NCBI GenBank assembly: GCA_035642715.1
Contig: DASQRW010000073.1
Span: 1 to 32,000, forward strand
Length of the DNA: 32,000 nucleotides
From: Nitrososphaeraceae archaeon
Lineage (GTDB): Archaea > Thermoproteota > Nitrososphaeria > Nitrososphaerales > Nitrososphaeraceae
Reading direction: 5' to 3'
Part shown: positions 26,671-32,000 of the stretch, one piece after another
How positions within the stretch are numbered: position 1 is the first letter of the stretch
Layout: the number at the start of each line of letters is the position of its first letter
The notes under the pieces: model-generated
Seen by the model: only the letters and a program-made list of their open reading frames with translations
The model's database searches: none
Told to the model about the DNA's origin: nothing
Position numbers and translations under genes: made by a program

Positions 26671-26964
26671 GGAGGTCCTCCGATAGGAAGTGAAAGATTC
26701 AAGTAATCCTTAAGCGCGCAATTTAAGGCGTTCCCCGATATCCTGGCAAAAATAGAACACATAGTGGTAGAAAATCACCCTGTAGTAGTATTCCTTAATT
26801 CTACTCGGACATATAAAGGAGAATTTCAAGGAATACCATCAACAAACAAAAAAATAAACATAAGATCTGCAAATCTATATAGAATAGAGAACGAAAAAAT
26901 TGCTGAACACTGGGACGTAGTAGATCAATTGAATTTGCTGCAACAAACAGGCGCAACTCTTTAA
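26671..26964 (+). pseudogene. SnoaL-like ester-cyclase-family gene, N-terminally degraded (in-frame stops and a probable frameshift)
   Basis: The C-terminal half ...FKAFPDILAKIEHIVVENHPVVVFLNSTRTYKGEFQGIPSTNKKINIRSANLYRIENEKIAEHWDVVDQLNLLQQTG fits the family pattern (afPDl..., GTH.GEF.GIP.TGK, RI..GKI.EHW). Extending the same frame upstream gives GGPPIGSERFK-TAA(26704)-SLSAQ and another TAA at 26668. The track ORF is only the GTG-started tail. Confidence 0.55.
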
Positions 26965-27009
26965 ACTCTTCTATCTAATTGAAGTAGCAAGTCTTCTTTT
27001 TCTTCTGCT

Positions 27010-27279
27010 TTAGCAGGAGAGTTCATTGTTGCTTTTGTTGCGTTTATCTTTATCTTTACCTTTATCTTGAACTCTAGTAAACAGATTAAGCAGCATTGTA
27101 GGAGGTATCTTGTGATTAGGACGTTCTTGCCTGTGTTTATCTATATGTGCACGCATATCAGAAAGTAAGTTTACATATTCATACTCATACTTAGCATTAA
27201 AAGAAGAAGAAAATTCTGTCTTAGGAATGGCAAATTTGTAATTACATGTATTGCATTTGAAATATTTAATAGAAATCAC
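27010..27279 (-). CDS. Hypothetical small protein with an N-terminal CxxC and a Lys/Asp-rich tail
   Basis: A track ORF starting at GTG. I recognise no family. Confidence 0.35.
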   Translation of the reverse strand: MISIKYFKCNTCNYKFAIPKTEFSSSFNAKYEYEYVNLLSDMRAHIDKHRQERPNHKIPPTMLLNLFTRVQDKGKDKDKRNKSNNELSC

Positions 27280-27770
27280 TTAGTTTCACTCTTCTTACTT
27301 CTTCCTTTTCTTTTTTTCTTAATCTTGTTCTTGAGTTTTAGCCATCGCAGCTAATAGTAGTAGCCAGCCTCAAGTTCTTCAGTCAGTGAACTGCTGAATT
27401 TCCTGCACTATTGCTAATTGGTTGTCTAGCGGTCTATCAAGGAATGACAAAACATTCCAAGAAATTGCCTTTAGCCGTTTATGATGCACTACTAGTTTTG
27501 CCTTCTCAAACTCTAGCTTTTGCTTATTGCTAGCGCTACTACTCATCTAATGTTTCATTCCCTTCAGAGTCTGAGGTTATCTCTTACTCTTGTTCCTGGT
27601 TCTGGTCATCTTCTTCTTCTCCCTCCTTTATAATCCATAAAGTAATAATGAAGACGATGGGGATCCTTGATACGAAATTTGGTTAGTGTATATATATCTT
27701 GACAAAGGCATTGAGTTTTGTTGACTGTCTACTTTAATTAGTATAGTAACGGTTATAATCTTTTAATCTT

Positions 27771-28016
27771 ATGATGTATCAACTGCTAATAGATAAACAG
27801 GATAATGTACGGACGAAAACCACTTTATCTAGACTAGCAGACGGAACCGAAACAAATCGTAATTTTCCTGCTAAGACTGACAAACAAGTAGATTTCCTAT
27901 TGTGTCCTTCATGTTTTTGGTGTGCCTCATACTTTAACTTCGGTGAATTATCTATTATTAGGTGTCCTGTCTGTCACAATAACCACATGAAACAACTGCC
28001 CGTATCAACTCAATGA
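27771..28016 (+). CDS. Hypothetical zinc-ribbon protein (CPSC ... CPVC)
   Basis: A track ORF with two CxxC pairs 23 residues apart. Confidence 0.4.
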   Translation: MMYQLLIDKQDNVRTKTTLSRLADGTETNRNFPAKTDKQVDFLLCPSCFWCASYFNFGELSIIRCPVCHNNHMKQLPVSTQ

Positions 28017-28062
28017 GATCAGAGTTAGACATACCGCTCTATTACTCAAATGAATGAGCTGA

Positions 28063-28263
28063 CAGGTTGATGATATACACAAGGATGTGCTTACTCATAC
28101 TAAGGAGATGTTAGAGTATGGCAATGGAAATGTCGCTATTCATCCTGGATTCAGCAAACTAATCACTGCGTTAAGGACTGCTGTAGAGAATGGAGTCCTA
28201 GAGAAGGAATCTACCAGCCATTTAGATGTGTTCGATGCATTCAGGATATGCCTTCAGTTCTAA
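28063..28263 (+). pseudogene. Possible C-terminal remnant of a terminase large-subunit-like (RNase H-fold nuclease) gene
   Basis: The frame is open only after the TGA at 28060: QVDDIHKDVLTHTKEMLEYGNGNVAIHPGFSKLITALRTAVENGVLEKESTSHLDVFDAFRICLQF. The ending S-H-x-D-x-x-D-A-x-R resembles the final acidic motif of viral terminase nuclease domains as I remember it. There is no credible start codon for a full-length protein. Confidence 0.3.
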
Positions 28264-28361
28264 CACTAGTTAATCAACAAAAGCTGAAATATTAAGGGAC
28301 CTCAACATGACATATGGTAAAACTCGTTGAAATGGATTAAAAAGTAACACTCAACACACAG

Positions 28362-28682
28362 TTGGAAGAGGACGTTAATGCAGTTATTCTATTAAATAAG
28401 TTCACTGTGAACATTGAGGATGTCGATCAGTTCCTAAAGGTATTTATCGCCAGAACTCAAGTCTTGAAGCAGCAACCTGGATTCATCTCAGCTCAGTTGC
28501 ACCGGGGTATTGCTGATAGTTGTTCCTTCATTAACTACGCCGTTTGGGAGTCTGCAGAGCACTTTAAACGGGCTTTTAATAGTCCTGAGTTGCGGTCGAG
28601 CGTGGCCGACCTTCCCCCCAGTACCATGATGTCTCCTCACCACTTCAAGAAAGTAGCAGTTCGAGGGATCTGTGTGGACTAA
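28362..28682 (+). CDS. Antibiotic-biosynthesis-monooxygenase (ABM, Dabb-fold) domain protein
   Basis: ILLNKFTV...FLKVF...QPGFISAQLHRG...FINYAVWESAEHFKRAF is a typical ABM pattern. It starts at TTG. The local GC content is clearly above the window background. Confidence 0.75.
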   Translation: MEEDVNAVILLNKFTVNIEDVDQFLKVFIARTQVLKQQPGFISAQLHRGIADSCSFINYAVWESAEHFKRAFNSPELRSSVADLPPSTMMSPHHFKKVAVRGICVD

Positions 28683-28767
28683 CCCATCTGCAGCAAGGCA
28701 AGAACATACTCATAGACAGGAATTCTAATAGAGTCATTTGTGGGAAGCAATGCTTTGTATTGCATGT

Positions 28768-28795
28768 TTTCTTTCTTTCTTTCTTTCTTTCTTTC
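28768..28795. repeat. (TTTC)7 microsatellite
   Basis: Seven perfect TTTC units. A shorter (TTTC)4 sits at 21095-21110. Confidence 0.9.
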
Positions 28796-29291
28796 TGCTG
28801 TTACTAGTTATTAGTTATAGTATTGCTCCCCTCGTGTCCTCCCATTTGTCTTCTGATAGAAAGACTCTACCTCAAGACCCATTGCAATGTTTTTTAAGAT
28901 CTCTCTTTGTCCATATTCTCTCTTTCTGTTATGTCCGCTATGTTCTGGGTCTTATATAGCATGTCTTCGAATGTTTTCAATAGTGCTCCTTTTTTCTTCT
29001 GATTTCTTCATTTTACTATAAATAAAATCTATAAATTCATGTATAAAATAAGAATTGAAGTACGAAGAAGGAAGGGAGTGAGAGGCACTTATAGGAATGT
29101 ATTGTGTATGTCTTCCTTTACTATTAATAATATATTTTATATTCACTAATTACGATTGCATACACTCCTGAATATAATATATCTTTTCTACTATAATAAA
29201 ATCAGATCGATAATTATGATGTAACCTTTTAGCGAGCAATAATAGACAGATTCTAGTTGCTTTATATCAAAGAAAATTAGGCTTTTAATTT

Positions 29292-29576
29292 ATGCCAGAA
29301 AATTATGTTACCTTAGCTGACACCATAGGTGTTGTTGCTGGAGTATTGGTATTATCTTCATTCGTTCCACAACTGCTCAAGGCATATAAGACAAAGAGGA
29401 TGATCGATGTCTCAATTTATCTCATGGGACTGATAGCAACTGGAATGTTTTTGTGGATAATATATGGTATTATAAGAAGCGACCTAGTAATAATCGGTAC
29501 AAACGTAAGCGGAGTCATTCTGAATGTTATTCTAATAGGATTAAAATTAAGATATGATAAAAAACACAAGCATTGA
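29292..29576 (+). CDS. SemiSWEET / PQ-loop (MtN3-like) three-helix transporter
   Basis: 94 aa with three TM helices and the PQ motif in helix 1 (FVPQLLKAYKTK). Confidence 0.75.
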   Translation: MPENYVTLADTIGVVAGVLVLSSFVPQLLKAYKTKRMIDVSIYLMGLIATGMFLWIIYGIIRSDLVIIGTNVSGVILNVILIGLKLRYDKKHKH

Positions 29577-29842
29577 ATCAACATTATATTGATTTCAAAT
29601 ATACAGGTACCAGTGCAGATTATAGTTAAGAATTATCTATTTATTTTAAAATTTATTAATTTTATATTTGTATTTTAATACTATCATATCTGTCGTTTAT
29701 GAGCATCTATATAAGTGCATAGAAAAATCTTTTTTTCATTATATGCAATTAACTCAATTCCCATTACGATTTATTATTTTGATTAAAAGGATCGTGTTAT
29801 TATCATCTATTATCTCACACACTTCTAATAGTCTTTTTCACT

Positions 29843-30628
29843 TTAGAGATCGTTTATCTCACTTAAAGATAATCCGTATTTCCATTCATATTTTTCCATT
29901 TTATTTATAAATGAAAGCAAAACATCTTCGAGAGCATTTAAAGCGCTCTGTCCTTTCTGAATACTAGCCTTCATGGGAGCACCTGTTGCTCCCGTATTTG
30001 TTAGCTCATTAAACTTAAAGTAAATTCTTATATTATTGGGTAAATTCGGAATTATTTCTTTCGGCGCATTATTCATATCCACTAAATCAGGACGGACAGC
30101 AAGCATTGCCGATGTTTCGGCTTCTCCCCCATGTCCGAGTCCATTCCATGTCTCGAAAAGACCCTTTGTAATTTCACCAACTAGCACCCACCAGGCTTCC
30201 AGACAACTTATTATCACTTCTGGATATCTATCCTTTGTAGTTCTAGCAGCTATTTCTACTGCTGGGATATTTCCATCATGTCCATTAATGATAAGGATCC
30301 TACTTATTCCATTTTTAACCAGACTTGTGAAAACATCTTCAATAACTTTGATAAGGGTATTGGGATCCAAACTTATAGTCATTTGAAAATCAATATGATG
30401 CAAACTAACTCCGTAAGGAATAGCAGGAAGTACCATTACATTCTGTGATTTCCTAGCAACCCTTTTTGCCAACTCCATAGGAACAATGAAATCTGACCCA
30501 AAGGGCATATGGTCTCCGTGATTTTCACAGGCACCAAAAACTAGTATGGCTACAGTTTTCCTATTTATCCTATTTCTAACTTGTAGTGAGTTCATTTCCT
30601 CAAGCATACCTTCTGAATTATTGGCCAT
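29843..30628 (-). CDS. Creatininase-family amidohydrolase (possibly an ArfB-type formamide hydrolase; specificity unknown)
   Basis: GACENHGDHMPFGSD, INGHDGN and GHGGEAETS match the creatininase-family metal-binding motifs. Confidence 0.8.
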   Translation of the reverse strand: MANNSEGMLEEMNSLQVRNRINRKTVAILVFGACENHGDHMPFGSDFIVPMELAKRVARKSQNVMVLPAIPYGVSLHHIDFQMTISLDPNTLIKVIEDVFTSLVKNGISRILIINGHDGNIPAVEIAARTTKDRYPEVIISCLEAWWVLVGEITKGLFETWNGLGHGGEAETSAMLAVRPDLVDMNNAPKEIIPNLPNNIRIYFKFNELTNTGATGAPMKASIQKGQSALNALEDVLLSFINKMEKYEWKYGLSLSEINDL

Positions 30629-31032
30629 ATTTTCTAATTATAGTAGTCACGAGTTTAAGTATGCAGCGATGGAAAGAAATAGTCCAATCCTATCCTGCTG
30701 ATGATATGCCTATACAGCTTATTGTTAAAATCAATTACTTTAAGAACATTATATATGGCATTATAATAAATGCAATATCTTATTCCATTGATAGTTCTAT
30801 TTATTCAGAATGGATTAATAATATAATAACATCTCTTTGTGTTTTTTAATTTTTTGAACTTTTTAATCTGTATATGTTTTTCCTTTAATTAGGAAAGCAT
30901 TTTATACAAAAAAATAACAATAGTAGATGTAATGGGATTGTAACACCTTTACTTATCGCATAGAATCAATTTTAGGAGTAAGAACTGAATATTCTCAGTG
31001 TATTAAATAAAGGAATATGATAAGCTAATACA

Positions 31033-31428
31033 TTGATACATGAGCATTCGAGATGTCTAGTATGCGCTAGAGCTAAGACAGGGATAATAGCATTATTAGC
31101 AATTTTTTTAGGCTTTACTCTTGCCTGCGGCATTGTAGATGGACAAGAAAATATTACATCATCAATAGATGTTGGTAGTAATACCAATGCCGATCTTATT
31201 AACAACTGTCTGACATTCCGTGGTATAATGTCAGACACAGGACAAGAATCATGTGATCATTCTATGCTATATTACAAAGGGCAGTGCGAATATTATTCTG
31301 CTATGAATAAAAGTGGTGTGACATTAAACCATTCAGAATTTATCTTCTGCTCTGACCCAAATATAGATTCTTACATTAAGAAAAATAACCTTACTAATTC
31401 GCCAAGGTCAAGCAGTCTTATTCCATAA
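31033..31428 (+). CDS. Hypothetical signal-anchored Cys-containing protein (weak call)
   Basis: It starts at TTG and has the hydrophobic segment GIIALLAIFLGFTLACG followed by a polar Cys-containing domain. I recognise no family. Confidence 0.3.
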   Translation: MIHEHSRCLVCARAKTGIIALLAIFLGFTLACGIVDGQENITSSIDVGSNTNADLINNCLTFRGIMSDTGQESCDHSMLYYKGQCEYYSAMNKSGVTLNHSEFIFCSDPNIDSYIKKNNLTNSPRSSSLIP

Positions 31429-31858
31429 ACGATTATTCCTTATATTGAAGAGAGCTACTTCTGGCAAAATATAATGTTCTTATGGTGTATTAATGGGATG
31501 TTAGGTGTGCAATAATGACATTACCACCTTCGATATATTACAGCATCCAATTATGCTGTAAGGAATCGTTGGTCTCCTCATGATGCTTATAGATTGAGCG
31601 TCTAATGCTTGTTTAATGATAGTAGAAGATTATCAAGGATTCCCTTTTTTCTTTGTTTTGCATCAAGATATAACCCATAAAGAAGCAAAGAAAACGCCAG
31701 TTATTAAGAATACAATATTATTTATTTGTCCTGTTCGAAGAGCTAATAATCCTATCCTAAAGATATTCATATGAATACCAATAATAGCGATCAAAAATGT
31801 AATAGTATTATAGGTAGAAGTAGTGGAAGTGGAAATAATAAGTCATTATTACTTTTGG

Positions 31859-31999
31859 CTATTGAACCAATATACCTTCTTCAATATTTTGATCTGATTC
31901 TAACGAATTTGATCTTTTCTTTTTTCTTCGTTGTCTTACTTCCTCAAGTATTTCTTTTAGTTGTTCTTCAGAGATTTTTGCTATTCTAGAATCACACTC
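31859..31999 (-). CDS. 3' end of an unidentified gene entering from the right edge
   Basis: My minus-strand translation: ECDSRIAKISEEQLKEILEEVRQRRKKKRSNSLESDQNIEEGILVQ, stop at 31859-31861. Too short to assign. Confidence 0.25.
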   Translation of the reverse strand, partial: ECDSRIAKISEEQLKEILEEVRQRRKKKRSNSLESDQNIEEGILVQ

Positions 32000-32000
32000 A

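Noticed and set aside
28738-29146. Track ORFs 28738-28959 (+) and 28952-29146 (-)
   Set aside because: The first is generated largely by the (TTTC)7 repeat (FLSFFLSFFL). The second is AT-rich with no features. I do not call either as a gene.
5682-30386. Other internal or antisense track ORFs: 5682-5891, 7795-8083, 8455-8682, 12456-12659, 12753-13007, 13490-13714, 14662-15160, 17800-18033, 18669-18915, 18993-19211, 21953-22189, 24673-25113, 30036-30386, 30586-30849, 30972-31238
   Set aside because: Each lies within or opposite a confidently identified gene, or is created by low-complexity AT-rich sequence. None shows a recognisable family signature.

Overview
AT-rich (about one-third GC by eye) chromosome segment of an ammonia-oxidizing archaeon (class Nitrososphaeria). 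From memory, the AmoA sequence looks like the soil group I.1b type. Left edge (1 to about 2.8 kb): the right end of an integrated plasmid/virus-like element. It carries a partial prim-pol replicase, four tightly overlapping small genes including an RHH regulator, and a tyrosine integrase. It abuts tRNA-Thr(GGU), and an inverted 35-nt copy of the tRNA 5' half sits inside the integrase ORF. Next come tRNA-Leu(UAA) with two apparent introns, pdxS/pdxT and a two-subunit 2-oxoacid:ferredoxin oxidoreductase. The complete amoA-amoX-amoC / amoB cluster follows, with two adjacent small membrane-protein genes that are candidate extra AMO subunits. Then a housekeeping block (uS15, RecJ/Cdc45-like DHH nuclease, Pcc1-like, SerRS), a 1.1-kb decayed gap holding a DHHA1 gene remnant, an orphan radical SAM gene, an RNase P/ribosome block (Pop5, Rpp30, DUF54, eS1) and malic enzyme. 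The right third is gene-poor and decay-rich: a processive GT2 glycosyltransferase, a SnoaL-like pseudogene, a higher-GC patch with a terminase-like remnant and an ABM-domain gene, a SemiSWEET and a creatininase-family hydrolase. I saw no CRISPR array, rRNA or recognisable defence operon. Several starts in the ORF track are TTG/GTG; I trimmed starts where family knowledge supports it.
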